From Desulfobacterales bacterium (GTDB lineage: Bacteria; Desulfobacterota; Desulfobacteria; Desulfobacterales; UBA2245), in NCBI GenBank assembly GCA_040771865.1, contig JAXGZF010000007.1, positions 124,001 to 188,000 of the forward strand: a DNA stretch of 64,000 nt, read 5' to 3'. The notes under the pieces were generated by a model. The model did not search any database. It was not told where the DNA came from and worked only from the letters and a program-made list of their open reading frames with translations. The position numbers and the translations under genes were made by a program. Shown one piece after another: positions 51,641 to 61,118 of the stretch. Position 1 is the stretch's first letter. Each line of letters opens with the position of its first letter.

Positions 51641-52963
51641 TTTTTTCAGGTTTTCCATTCGCCGCAGCAGCGTCTCTTCCAGCGTGGGAAGGCCATGGTC
51701 CTTGTATTCGTAAAACACCCGCAGGCTGGGCTTGTTCAAAGACACGATGCGGGTGAGCTGAATGGGTGTTGCAAAAAGCACCAGATCGCAGTCCGCGGCA
51801 TTGATGGTGTTCTCAAGATCCTCTATCTGCCGGCGGGAATAGCCCGTAGCCGGCAGCACCGTGTCGATATGGGGATAGTTGCGCAGGGTTTCCTGAATCG
51901 ATCCCACGGCATAGGGCCTTGGATCGACCAACTGGGCGGCGCCGTACAGATCGGCGGCGATGGCCCCGGCGCCGAATGCCATTTCGCCATGGGTCAGGGT
52001 CGGCCCGTCTTCCACCACCAGAACCCGCTTTCCGCGGATCAATTCGGGCTGGCTGACCAGAACGGATGATTCGGCCAGCACGATGTCCGCGCGCGGCGCA
52101 AAGGTTTCGATGTTGCGCTTCACCATTTCGACCTTGTGCGGCGGGGCCGTGTCCACCTTGTTGATCACGGCGATATCGGCCATCAGCATGTTGGTTTCCC
52201 CCGGATAATACCGGCGTTCATGCCCGGCCCGGTGCGGATCGAACAGAACAATATGCACATCGGGATAAAAAAACGGAGTGTCGTTGTTGCCCCCGTCCCA
52301 GACGATCACATCCGCCTCGGCTTCGGCGGCTCCGAGTATTTTTTCGTAGTCCACGCCCGCGTACACCACGATGCCTTGATCCACCAGGGGCTCGTATTCC
52401 TCGCGCTCCTCGATGGTGCATCGGTGGACTTCAAAATCTCTGTAGTCTGAAAATCTCTGAATTACCTGGGTTTTCAGATCCCCGTATGGCATGGGATGGC
52501 GAACGACGACCACCTGCTTTCCTTGAGCGCGCATGACCTCACAGACCCTGCGGGTGGTCGGCGATTTTCCGCAGCCGGTGCGGACCGCGCACACAGCAAT
52601 CACCGGTTTGAAGGATCGGAGCATGGTATAGGTGGCGCCCATGAGAATGAAATCCGCCCCTTCGGCCATGGAGATGGACGCCTTGTGCATGACTTCCTCG
52701 TGGGGTACGTCGCTGTAGGAAAAGACCACGAGATCCACGGCATGTTTCCGGATCAGACCGGCCAAGTCACTTTCAGGATAAATGGGAATTCCTTCGGGAT
52801 AGTCGGCGCCGGCCAGTTCGGGCGGATACAGCCGGCCGGCGATGTCCGGAATCTGCGCGGCGGTGAAGGCCGCGACCCGGTATCGGGCATTGCCCTTGAA
52901 GTACACGTTGAAGTTGTGAAAATCCCGGCCCGCAGCCCCCATGATGATCACGTTTTCAACCAT
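51638..52963 (-). CDS. arcE: Arginine synthetase ArcE-like P-loop protein (often annotated cyclic 2,3-DPG synthase or predicted GTPase)
   Basis: MGAAGRDFHNFN, QIPDI, AVRTGCGKS, RHPMPYG, TIEEREEYE, WDGGNND, VEDGPTLTHG; co-oriented with arcC. Confidence 0.8.
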   Translation of the reverse strand: MVENVIIMGAAGRDFHNFNVYFKGNARYRVAAFTAAQIPDIAGRLYPPELAGADYPEGIPIYPESDLAGLIRKHAVDLVVFSYSDVPHEEVMHKASISMAEGADFILMGATYTMLRSFKPVIAVCAVRTGCGKSPTTRRVCEVMRAQGKQVVVVRHPMPYGDLKTQVIQRFSDYRDFEVHRCTIEEREEYEPLVDQGIVVYAGVDYEKILGAAEAEADVIVWDGGNNDTPFFYPDVHIVLFDPHRAGHERRYYPGETNMLMADIAVINKVDTAPPHKVEMVKRNIETFAPRADIVLAESSVLVSQPELIRGKRVLVVEDGPTLTHGEMAFGAGAIAADLYGAAQLVDPRPYAVGSIQETLRNYPHIDTVLPATGYSRRQIEDLENTINAADCDLVLFATPIQLTRIVSLNKPSLRVFYEYKDHGLPTLEETLLRRMENLKK

Positions 52964-53073
52964 GCCCGCACTCCGAAATCCTAATCGCCCTTATTTGAAG
53001 AATCCTGCATTTTGATATGGTATCTCAATCCGCAGGATTCGGCAATGCCTGCGCATCAGAGACCTTGCCTGGA

Positions 53074-53817
53074 TCAGGTTTCAGCCGGGTTCATCCCGAG
53101 AATATGGGAAACCGCCTCCGCTGCGGCACGCAATCCGAAAATGGCCGGCATATGACAGATACTGCCGATCGGGGCGCGGGAACGCCCTGTGTCCCAAGGT
53201 TCCCAATCCTCATCCGGAACCGGCAGCCTGTTCAGGGCGGACTCCGTGGAAAATACGCAACGAATGCCCGTACGGACGCCGAACCGCTGAAGTTTTTTTC
53301 GAACGATACGGGCCAGCGGGCACACGCGGGTCCTGGAAAGATCCGCGACCATCACGGTCGACGGGTCCAGGCGCGCGGCCGCCCCCATGCAGGAGATCAC
53401 GGCAAGGTTCATGGATACGGCCTCTCTGAGCAGATCCACCTTGGAGGCCACCACGTCTATGGCGTCGATAATCACATCGGGCCGGCAGGAAAGCTCGTCG
53501 TGCACATTGTCGCCGTCGACAAACACATGACGGACCTCAACACGGCATTGAGGATTGATATCCAGGACCCGGCGACGGGCGACCTCGGTCTTGGCCATTC
53601 CGATGGTGGATTCCAGGGCAAAAAGCTGGCGGTTGAGATTGCTCGGGGAAACCAGATCAAAATCCACCAGCGTCAGACGGCCGACCGCGCTTCGGGCCAG
53701 GGCCTCCACCGCATAGGAACCTACGGCGCCGAGACCGAAGATTGCCGCATGCGACCCGGCCAGGACGGCGGTTCGCTCGGTTCCGATCAGCTGCTCCAAA
53801 CGTGCAAAACGTCTCAT
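53074..53817 (-). CDS. tcdA: tRNA threonylcarbamoyladenosine dehydratase (ThiF family)
   Basis: FGLGAVGSY, SNLNRQ, IDAID, MGAA, CPLAR. Confidence 0.9.
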   Translation of the reverse strand: MRRFARLEQLIGTERTAVLAGSHAAIFGLGAVGSYAVEALARSAVGRLTLVDFDLVSPSNLNRQLFALESTIGMAKTEVARRRVLDINPQCRVEVRHVFVDGDNVHDELSCRPDVIIDAIDVVASKVDLLREAVSMNLAVISCMGAAARLDPSTVMVADLSRTRVCPLARIVRKKLQRFGVRTGIRCVFSTESALNRLPVPDEDWEPWDTGRSRAPIGSICHMPAIFGLRAAAEAVSHILGMNPAET

Positions 53818-54605
53818 GGGTTCTCCGTCCATCCTTTTATCAGATTTCCGAATAGATGAAGGGAATTGGAAAAGGTCAGTTCCGCGGTTTTTCGCATATC
53901 CGCTCCGCGGATCTCGGCAAGGGTCTCCAGAACCCGGCCGAGATGCACCGGTTCGTTGAAATCCGCCTCAAGGCCATAGGGAATCATATCCGGGCTGTCG
54001 GTTTCGATCAGCAGACGTTGAGGCGAAACGATTGCCGCAGCGGATTTGGCCCGCTTGTTTCCCGGACGCGTCAGGGCCGCGCCAAAAGACAGGCAGGCGC
54101 CCAGCTTCTCCAGTTCCCCGGCCAGGTCCGCTGATCCGCTGAAAGCGTGTATCAGGCCACCGTCGGGCAATCCGCCCTCCTGCCCCAAAATATCGATCAA
54201 CACGCCCCAGGCTTTCCGGCAGTGAATGGAAACCGGCCGATGGTATCTGCGGGCGATGCGAAGCTGGACGACCAGAGCTGCATTTTGAAGTTCGCGGGTC
54301 TGCGGGTCAAGGGCGTAATCCAGCCCGATTTCCCCCACACCGCAGGCATGAGCGCCGATGCCGGCCTCCAGCCGCTCCTGCCAGCCTGTTTTGCACTGGT
54401 GAACATGCCAGGGATGCACGCCGAGAGAAGGCAGCACGCCGGAATGCATTCGAGACAATTCGATCACGCCGTCCCAGTCTTGCTCACAGGTCGCGCAGCA
54501 CATCATCCAGAGAATTCCGGCTTCCTGGGCGCGGCGGATCACCTCGGAAGCCCGATTCAGAATTCTTGGATCCTGTAGATGCGCATGAACATCGAAGAGT
54601 TTCAT
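53814..54605 (-). CDS. tatD: TatD family nuclease
   Basis: DVHAHL, GVHPW, GEIGLDY, IHCRKA, HAFSG, LIETDSP. Confidence 0.95.
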   Translation of the reverse strand: MKLFDVHAHLQDPRILNRASEVIRRAQEAGILWMMCCATCEQDWDGVIELSRMHSGVLPSLGVHPWHVHQCKTGWQERLEAGIGAHACGVGEIGLDYALDPQTRELQNAALVVQLRIARRYHRPVSIHCRKAWGVLIDILGQEGGLPDGGLIHAFSGSADLAGELEKLGACLSFGAALTRPGNKRAKSAAAIVSPQRLLIETDSPDMIPYGLEADFNEPVHLGRVLETLAEIRGADMRKTAELTFSNSLHLFGNLIKGWTENP

Positions 54606-54871
54606 GAATGCGTATCCTCTGTTGTAAAGAGCCTCGCAACGCTGGAGGGCGGCCTTTCGCGCAGTTTTTCAGTTGCCTGACATCTGAACCGGCCACAATA
54701 AAATGTCAAGGGCTATTTGAAGCGGATGGGGCCTGCGTGCAAACGGAAAAAAGAAGCAACACCGGCGTCAGCCATCACCGGCAGGCTTTCTGAGGCTTAT
54801 CCGCTTGAAAGTCCGTTCCCGTGATGCTTTACATTCAAGCCTGGCGATGATAAGAGTCTGCCGACAGCGAC

Positions 54872-55738
54872 ATGCAAACAGGCGGACTCATGGCAGACCC
54901 TTCAAATCATCGCGCGATCATATGCACGCAGTGCCGGAAACTGATCGGCGCCGACGAACCGCGGTGCCCCTTCTGCGGGGCTTCCCAGTCCCCCTTTCAG
55001 CGCCGGATACGATCGATGATGCTGAGGCTTTCGGACGAGCAGGCCGCCATTCGGGCCATTATCTACCTCAATATCACCATGTATATCATCAGCCTTTTAC
55101 TGAATCCGAGATCCGTCGGCATTTCGCTGAATCCCCTGACCACCCTGTCCCCTTCCAACGGAAGCCTGCTGCTTCTGGGCGCCACCGGAACCATACCCAT
55201 CGATGAGCTGAACCGGTGGTGGTCCCTGGTATCGGCCAACTACCTGCACGGCGGCCTTCTGCATATTTTCTTCAACATGGCGGCCCTGAGTCAGGTCGGC
55301 CCGCTGATCGCCCGGGAATACGGGACATGGCGGATGATCAGCATTTACACCCTCAGCGGCGTTGCGGGATTTGCCGTCTCCTACCTGGCCGGAGTCAATT
55401 TTACCATCGGCGCATCAGCTGCCCTGTGCGGCCTGCTCGGCGCGGCGCTGTATTTTGGAAAAAGCGTCAAAGGCCCTTACGGCCGTGCCGTCTACCGGCA
55501 GATCGGCGGATGGGTTGTCGGGTTGGCGATTTTCGGACTCATCGTTCCGGGAATCAACAACTGGGCGCACGGCGGCGGGCTGGTCGCCGGCATTCTGATC
55601 GGATGGTTTTCGGGTTTTGCGGATACCAAACGGCAGACGATTTTCCATCGGGCGCTGGCCGCCGTCTGCGTTGCGGCCACGATCATCGTTTTGGCAGGGG
55701 CCACAGGTTCCGCGCTGTATTACCTTCTTCGCGGATAA
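54872..55738 (+). CDS. Rhomboid intramembrane protease with N-terminal zinc ribbon
   Basis: CTQC and CPFC pairs, HGGLLHIFFNM, IGASA, NNWAHGGG. Confidence 0.92.
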   Translation: MQTGGLMADPSNHRAIICTQCRKLIGADEPRCPFCGASQSPFQRRIRSMMLRLSDEQAAIRAIIYLNITMYIISLLLNPRSVGISLNPLTTLSPSNGSLLLLGATGTIPIDELNRWWSLVSANYLHGGLLHIFFNMAALSQVGPLIAREYGTWRMISIYTLSGVAGFAVSYLAGVNFTIGASAALCGLLGAALYFGKSVKGPYGRAVYRQIGGWVVGLAIFGLIVPGINNWAHGGGLVAGILIGWFSGFADTKRQTIFHRALAAVCVAATIIVLAGATGSALYYLLRG

Positions 55739-55809
55739 TCCGCAGACGGCGGCAGGCCTGAATTCCTGAACCGCTGCACGCATAAACACTTTCCGGCGAA
55801 ACCGCCATC

Positions 55810-57159
55810 GTGTATAAAGGAATGATGATGCGTGAAAAGACCTCCCGAATGGCAAATTTTTTAAAAACCGACATCCGGAACCTGAGACTCGATGCGTTTC
55901 TGCCTCCGAAAGGCCGTCCCGGGCTTGCATGGCTTGGAATCCTGCTGGTTTCGGTGCGCAAATTCATTCAGGATGCCAGTCCGCTCAGGGCTTCGGCCCT
56001 GACGTTTTACACCGTCCTTTCCGTGGTGCCCATCATGGCCATGGCATTCGGCATTGCCAAAGGATTCGGGGCCGCCAAACTTCTGGAAAAACAGATTCTT
56101 GAAAACTTTCCGGCCCCTGAAGCCGTGTTGCTCCGCATTCTGGAGTTTGCCAACAACATGCTTGAAAACACCCGGGGCGACGCCATCGCCGGCATCGGCA
56201 TCGTCGTGCTTTTCTGGACGGTGATCAAGGTGATGAGCCACATCGAACGTTCGCTCAATGCCATCTGGCAGGTCGAAAAACCCAGAAGCTTTCTCCGGAA
56301 ATTCAGCGATTACCTTTCCATCATCCTGGTCAGCCCGGTGCTGATCATTCTGTCCGGAAGCGCGACCGTGTTCATCACCACCCGGCTGCAGGACATTTCC
56401 GACAAGGTGGCCCTGATCGGATATTTTACGCCGGCGATCTTTTTCAGCTTCAAACTGATCCCCTACGTCCTGATCTGGATCGTTTTCACCCTCATCTACA
56501 CGATCATGCCCAACACCCGGGTGCGCTTGAAATCGGCTCTGCTCGCCGCCGTCGTCGCCGGAACGCTTTACCAGCTGCTTCAGTGGGGTTATATCAAATT
56601 TCAGGTGGGCGTTGCCCAGTACAACGCCATTTACGGAAGCTTTGCCGCCCTTCCCCTTTTCCTGGTCTGGCTTCAGCTCAGCTGGAGCATCGTCCTTTTC
56701 GGCGCGCAGATCTCCTATGTTCACCAGAACATGGACGCGCTGGACCCGTACCCGGATTACCGGGAACTGAGCCCGCGCCTGAAAAAACTGCTCTGTCTGA
56801 GCATCGCCCGCATGCTGGTGCAAAAATTTGAAAAGGGGGAACCGCCTTCTACCCTCGCGCAGGTTTCCAAAGCCCTTGAAATACACCCTCGCCTCGCGCA
56901 GCAGCTTCTGGACGACATGTGCCGGGCCGGAATTCTCAGCCGGGTGCATATCGAATCAACCGACACGGAAGGATATCAGCCGGCTCTGGATATCCATGGA
57001 ATCTCCATTTCCAGGGTGATCGGCGCGCTGGAACGAAACGGCCTGAACGCCCTGCCGGAAGGACGAATGCCGGATGTTCCGTTTCTGTCGGAAAAAATGG
57101 AACCGCTTGATAAAATTGTGGAAAATTCGCAGGACAATCTGCTTTTAAAAGATATCTGA
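55810..57159 (+). CDS. YihY/BrkB family membrane protein with C-terminal winged-helix extension
   Basis: ASALTFYT, LNAIW, MPNT, YNAIYGSFAALP, LFGAQ; start codon uncertain. Confidence 0.9.
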   Translation: MYKGMMMREKTSRMANFLKTDIRNLRLDAFLPPKGRPGLAWLGILLVSVRKFIQDASPLRASALTFYTVLSVVPIMAMAFGIAKGFGAAKLLEKQILENFPAPEAVLLRILEFANNMLENTRGDAIAGIGIVVLFWTVIKVMSHIERSLNAIWQVEKPRSFLRKFSDYLSIILVSPVLIILSGSATVFITTRLQDISDKVALIGYFTPAIFFSFKLIPYVLIWIVFTLIYTIMPNTRVRLKSALLAAVVAGTLYQLLQWGYIKFQVGVAQYNAIYGSFAALPLFLVWLQLSWSIVLFGAQISYVHQNMDALDPYPDYRELSPRLKKLLCLSIARMLVQKFEKGEPPSTLAQVSKALEIHPRLAQQLLDDMCRAGILSRVHIESTDTEGYQPALDIHGISISRVIGALERNGLNALPEGRMPDVPFLSEKMEPLDKIVENSQDNLLLKDI

Positions 57160-57192
57160 ACCGGCACAAGGCTGTCGGAGACAAGGAAAACA

Positions 57193-58269
57193 ATGAAAAT
57201 CTTTACTTTAAAATTGATCCCCGGAGACGGCATCGGCAAGGAAGTGATGTCTGCGGCCCGAAAGGTGCTGGGCCGGATCGAACGGCTCGGCGGCGACCTG
57301 CGCTTCGAACTTCAGGAACTGGACTGGGGCTGCCAATACTATCTTCGCCGCGGGCGCATGATGCCCGAAGACGGACTGAGCATCCTGTCGGACTGCGACT
57401 GCATTCTGCTGGGTGCCATCGGCTTTCCGGGCGTTCCGGACCATATTTCTCTCCGGGGCCTTCTGCTGCCGATCCGGCAGGGATTCGACCAGTACGTCAA
57501 CCTTCGGCCGATCCGGTTTTTTGAAGGCCTGAACTCTCCCCTGAAGCTGTCCGACAGCAAGGACATCGATTTTGTCGTGATTCGCGAAAACTCCGAGGGC
57601 GAATACTGCGGCGCCGGCAGAATCGAGTACAAAAGCACGCCGGATGAAACAGCCGTCCAGGAAGCGCGGTTTTCCCTGAAAGGAACCGAGCGCATCATCC
57701 GCTATGCCTTCGAATACGCAAAGAACCATCAGCTTCCGAGCCTGATCAGCGCGACCAAATCCAATGCCCTGAACTACTCCATGGTGTTCTGGGACAGCAT
57801 ATTCGAGCGGATCAGGACCCAGTATCCGACCGTCGAGGCGCAAAGCATTCATGTCGACGCCCTGGCCGGCCTGTTCATCCTCAATCCGAAAAAACTGAAG
57901 GTGGTGGTGGCCAGCAATCTGTTCGGAGACATTCTCACGGACCTGGGATCGGCCATGCTGGGAAGCATCGGCATCTCTCCTTCGGCCAATCTGAATCCCG
58001 AGAAGAAATATCCCAGCATGTTCGAACCCATCCACGGCTCGGCCCCGGACATCGCCGGAAAGGGCATCGCCAACCCGATCGGCATGATCTGGTCGATCAT
58101 TCTGATGCTCCAGCATCTGGGCCTCGACCGGATCTCCGAAATGCTCACACAAGCCATGGCCCAAGTGATTTGCGAAAAAAAGGTCCGTACACCGGACATG
58201 GGAGGAAACCAAGGGACAGATCAGGTCGTCGACGCCGTGTGCGGAAAGCTCACAAAAATTTGGGGATAA
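57193..58269 (+). CDS. Tartrate/D-malate dehydrogenase (isocitrate/isopropylmalate dehydrogenase family)
   Basis: IPGDGIGKEV, FDQYVNLRP, RENSEGEY, SATKSN, SNLFGDILTDL, SMFEPIHGSAPDIAGKGIANP. Confidence 0.88.
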   Translation: MKIFTLKLIPGDGIGKEVMSAARKVLGRIERLGGDLRFELQELDWGCQYYLRRGRMMPEDGLSILSDCDCILLGAIGFPGVPDHISLRGLLLPIRQGFDQYVNLRPIRFFEGLNSPLKLSDSKDIDFVVIRENSEGEYCGAGRIEYKSTPDETAVQEARFSLKGTERIIRYAFEYAKNHQLPSLISATKSNALNYSMVFWDSIFERIRTQYPTVEAQSIHVDALAGLFILNPKKLKVVVASNLFGDILTDLGSAMLGSIGISPSANLNPEKKYPSMFEPIHGSAPDIAGKGIANPIGMIWSIILMLQHLGLDRISEMLTQAMAQVICEKKVRTPDMGGNQGTDQVVDAVCGKLTKIWG

Positions 58270-58349
58270 AAAAGGAAACCAATGCGCTTGCAGGAACGCA
58301 TTTCGCTGAATCCGGAGATCTGGAGCATCGAAAAAGTGTTTTCACCTCA

Positions 58350-58682
58350 TCAAAAACGTTTTGGCGGTCGAGGATTGCAGCAACTCCGAAGTAAATAGAA
58401 CTCCCGCCCATAATTCAAGGTCATCCAAAGGACTCGAAACCCCTGCCCGCCTTGCTGAAGAACATGGGTACAGATCATGATGGTGAGATGAACTGCAAGA
58501 TGGGTCAAAAATGATTCAATCTTTTTCTCATCGTCTGCAAGATCATCCCGCGATTTCATATTGTGAAAATGAACGAATTTCCTTATCCATGCGCAATAAG
58601 ACCTTTCCGTATGGATTGAATAATGCCTCAACCGCATGACATCCCGCACCTCATCCAATAATTTCCTATCTGTTGTTGACAT
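58350..58682 (-). pseudogene. intI: Integron integrase pseudogene with internal deletion
   Basis: IntI N-terminal domain (KLLDEVRDVMRLRHYSIHTERSYCAWI..FLTHLAV) fused directly to the C-terminal TIMICTHVLQQGGQG; SSPLDDL is readable in another frame; catalytic domain absent. Confidence 0.9.
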
Positions 58683-58760
58683 ATCGCATAAAATAAGATT
58701 TTAAGAATTGAAGATTCGATGCATCGCGGAATTATAAAATAGCAATAACAATCGATTTTT

Positions 58761-58779
58761 GACCAATCAATGGTTGGCT
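58761..58779 (+). other. attI recombination site
   Basis: GACCAAT-CAATG-GTTGGCT upstream of the divergent intI; GTTGGCT is the exact reverse complement of the R'' (AGCCAAC) of the first attC. Confidence 0.8.
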
Positions 58780-58807
58780 TGTCCTGTTAATCACAGCTGG
58801 GGAGTCG

Positions 58808-59440
58808 ATGGTGATTGTTTATGTTCTAATAGTCGGTGCTATTGTGGGCGCCCTGTTGTTTTTCAGATCTCGAAAACAGGGCAAAAGGTCGCCTGTCCTC
58901 CGAGAGAAACTTCTATCAGAAAGGAGTATTGGCGGAGTCGTCAAGATGCAAGTGGTAGAACAACTGATCGACACCAATCAGGTGAGACAGCTAAATGCTG
59001 TGAAACTTCTTGCCAAGATAGGCAAACCGCAAACATTAGAACAGAATTTAATAACAAGAGATCCGACGGGTTTCATATACTTTGCGACGTTCTACGATGC
59101 CAGAATTCGATATGGCGAAACGAAACCGGAATATGTTAGGGAAGAAGATCACTATAGACGCCGCTATGAGGAAGCGCATTCGTATGGACTGGCTCTTAGA
59201 GGAAATGAAATACCCACTTTAGACATTCTCCGGTTTTTGCGACTGAGAAAGGAGCTAAATCAACTTTCGGACAGGAGTTTCACTCGTATCAAAGACGCAG
59301 TTGAGTATCTATCGCAGTTGCCTGATATTGATCAGCGTCTAGACCAATTCACGCCAAGAAAGAACTATTTCCAGCTCAAAAACATCAATCTTGATATGGC
59401 GTACCTGAACCGCCAATGGGAAATCATTGATAAGACTTGA
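58808..59440 (+). CDS. Cassette 1: membrane-anchored hypothetical protein
   Basis: N-terminal hydrophobic helix followed by basic residues; GGGAG RBS; bounded by attI and attC. Confidence 0.8.
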   Translation: MVIVYVLIVGAIVGALLFFRSRKQGKRSPVLREKLLSERSIGGVVKMQVVEQLIDTNQVRQLNAVKLLAKIGKPQTLEQNLITRDPTGFIYFATFYDARIRYGETKPEYVREEDHYRRRYEEAHSYGLALRGNEIPTLDILRFLRLRKELNQLSDRSFTRIKDAVEYLSQLPDIDQRLDQFTPRKNYFQLKNINLDMAYLNRQWEIIDKT

Positions 59441-59455
59441 CACTTCAAGAGAAGC

Positions 59456-59515
59456 AGCCAACAACCGCTCCAACTCGACCGGATAAAGCACCGGCGGGTT
59501 AAGCGCGCGTTAGGC
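59456..59515 (+). other. attC site (60 bp)
   Basis: AGCCAAC...AACTCGACCGG-ataaagca-CCGGCGGGTT...GTTAGGC imperfect hairpin just after the stop codon. Confidence 0.88.
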
Positions 59516-59562
59516 TATTGCTCCTCGTTCGCTCGCGCAGGTTTAAAAATGAAAGTTAATCA

Positions 59563-60843
59563 ATGAATATCGACGACTGGATAAAAATTCACAAAACGAA
59601 TTTCGGCAGCAGTTTTGAGGAGATGTTCGTCATCAAAGTGCTGGCCAAGGTCAACGACATCGACCTGAACACGGTCAGCACTCAGTATCAGTTCAAGGAT
59701 CTAGACGGTAAAAACCGGTATTGCGACTTTGTCATCCAAGAGGGTTCAATAAAAATCGCGATCGAGATTGATGGCTACGACAAGCGAAACACCGGCCAAG
59801 GAATGAGCCACGATGATTTTGTTGACTGGCAACGAAGACAGGCTGCTCTTACGGCATACGGCTGGCATGTGCTTCGCTTTGCCAACAGAGATGTAAGTAA
59901 CGAGCCGAGTCGTTGTAAACGCTACATCGAACTACTATTGAGAGACCAGCGTAACAAAAGCCTGCATCAAGCCAGCATAGAAGAGGATATTGAACGCTTG
60001 AGTTATCGGCTGAAGATTGCCCAGAGCGGAGCCGGCGCTGCAGAACAGGCCGGCAAATTGCAACAAGAAATTAGTATTCTGAAAAAACAACTTAAACTTG
60101 CGCAAGACGCCAAGCCACTCACTTCCAGCGATAAAAACGAGCTGGAGAAGATGGTGGCCAGATTGGAACAAGAAAAACAGGAGCTAAAGGTCACGCACGA
60201 CAAAATAAAAGAAGAAAAAGAACATCTAACGGCCTCCAACACACAACTGGAAAGCCAGAAACAGGTTTTGGGTGGAGAAAACAATACAATGAAAACGACA
60301 ATTTGGGCGTTTGCGACCATAATCAGTATTTTGATTTTGGCGGGTGTCTATGTATTCAGTGGCGCCAACAATGTACAGCAAGCCAATCCTAAAAGCGCGC
60401 AGACGATTACGCCAATTGACGTCAATACCTCTACACCCAAGGCGCAAATACAGGCATCTCAGCCAGCGCCTCAAGTGACTCAGCAGGTTTATTCCCAAGC
60501 ACTAAATCAAGCCGCGTCAACATCCGCGCCATCATGCGATTCTTCCATCGATTGGCGTCTGGCTAAAAATTATGTGGGCCAGCGCGTTGCCGTGCGCGGC
60601 ACTGTAGCGGAATACCGCTATCTGGTGAACGGGAAGGGCAGACCCACCTGGATTAGTCTCGGCGCAAAATATCCTGTCGAGAATCGGCTATCGGTGGTAG
60701 TTTGGGGTGATGATCGCAGTAAATTTGGTCGCGCACTTTCGGAAAATCTGGTCAACCGCCAAATCTGCGTCACCGGCGTGATCAAATTGTATGACGGCAC
60801 TCCACAAATCACCCTGAAATGGCCGCAGAATTTGGTGTTTTAG
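59563..60843 (+). CDS. PD-(D/E)xK-like (DUF559/Vsr) nuclease - coiled coil - TM - OB-fold protein
   Basis: RYCDFVI..IAIEIDG..RRQAALTAYGWHVLRF; heptad-rich middle; TM IWAFATIISILILAGVYVF; C-terminal AKNYVGQRVAVRGTV...ICVTGVIKLYDGTPQI. Confidence 0.78.
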   Translation: MNIDDWIKIHKTNFGSSFEEMFVIKVLAKVNDIDLNTVSTQYQFKDLDGKNRYCDFVIQEGSIKIAIEIDGYDKRNTGQGMSHDDFVDWQRRQAALTAYGWHVLRFANRDVSNEPSRCKRYIELLLRDQRNKSLHQASIEEDIERLSYRLKIAQSGAGAAEQAGKLQQEISILKKQLKLAQDAKPLTSSDKNELEKMVARLEQEKQELKVTHDKIKEEKEHLTASNTQLESQKQVLGGENNTMKTTIWAFATIISILILAGVYVFSGANNVQQANPKSAQTITPIDVNTSTPKAQIQASQPAPQVTQQVYSQALNQAASTSAPSCDSSIDWRLAKNYVGQRVAVRGTVAEYRYLVNGKGRPTWISLGAKYPVENRLSVVVWGDDRSKFGRALSENLVNRQICVTGVIKLYDGTPQITLKWPQNLVF

Positions 60844-61060
60844 TAGCGATTGTTGCGCTATGACTTTTTAAGTTATTAAATCATTTATTTATATGTTGTC
60901 TCGCCGTACGGGTCAAAATGCACAAGATACAAGACCAAATGTGGTAGGGCAGATGAGTGAATTAATAAATGAATTCCCAGGCAAAGACATCCGAAACAGA
61001 TAAAAGGAAGTATAGTTTATTAGATAAAAACGGAGCTCAAATTTAGATGGTCTTGTTTCG

Positions 61061-61078
61061 CTATCAATGAATTGATAG
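61061..61078. promoter_or_regulatory. Operator-like palindrome
   Basis: CTATCAAT-GA-ATTGATAG about 40 bp upstream of the next start codon. Confidence 0.45.
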
Positions 61079-61118
61079 ATACATGTTTAATCATCAAAAA
61101 CTCGAATGGAGGCTTGTT

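Noticed and set aside
58784..58796. CTGT-N5-ACAG as a LexA box, or GTTAATC as the attI core
   Set aside because: Spacing is wrong for CTGT-N8-ACAG, and GTTGGCT at 58773 matches the cassette R'' exactly whereas GTTAATC does not
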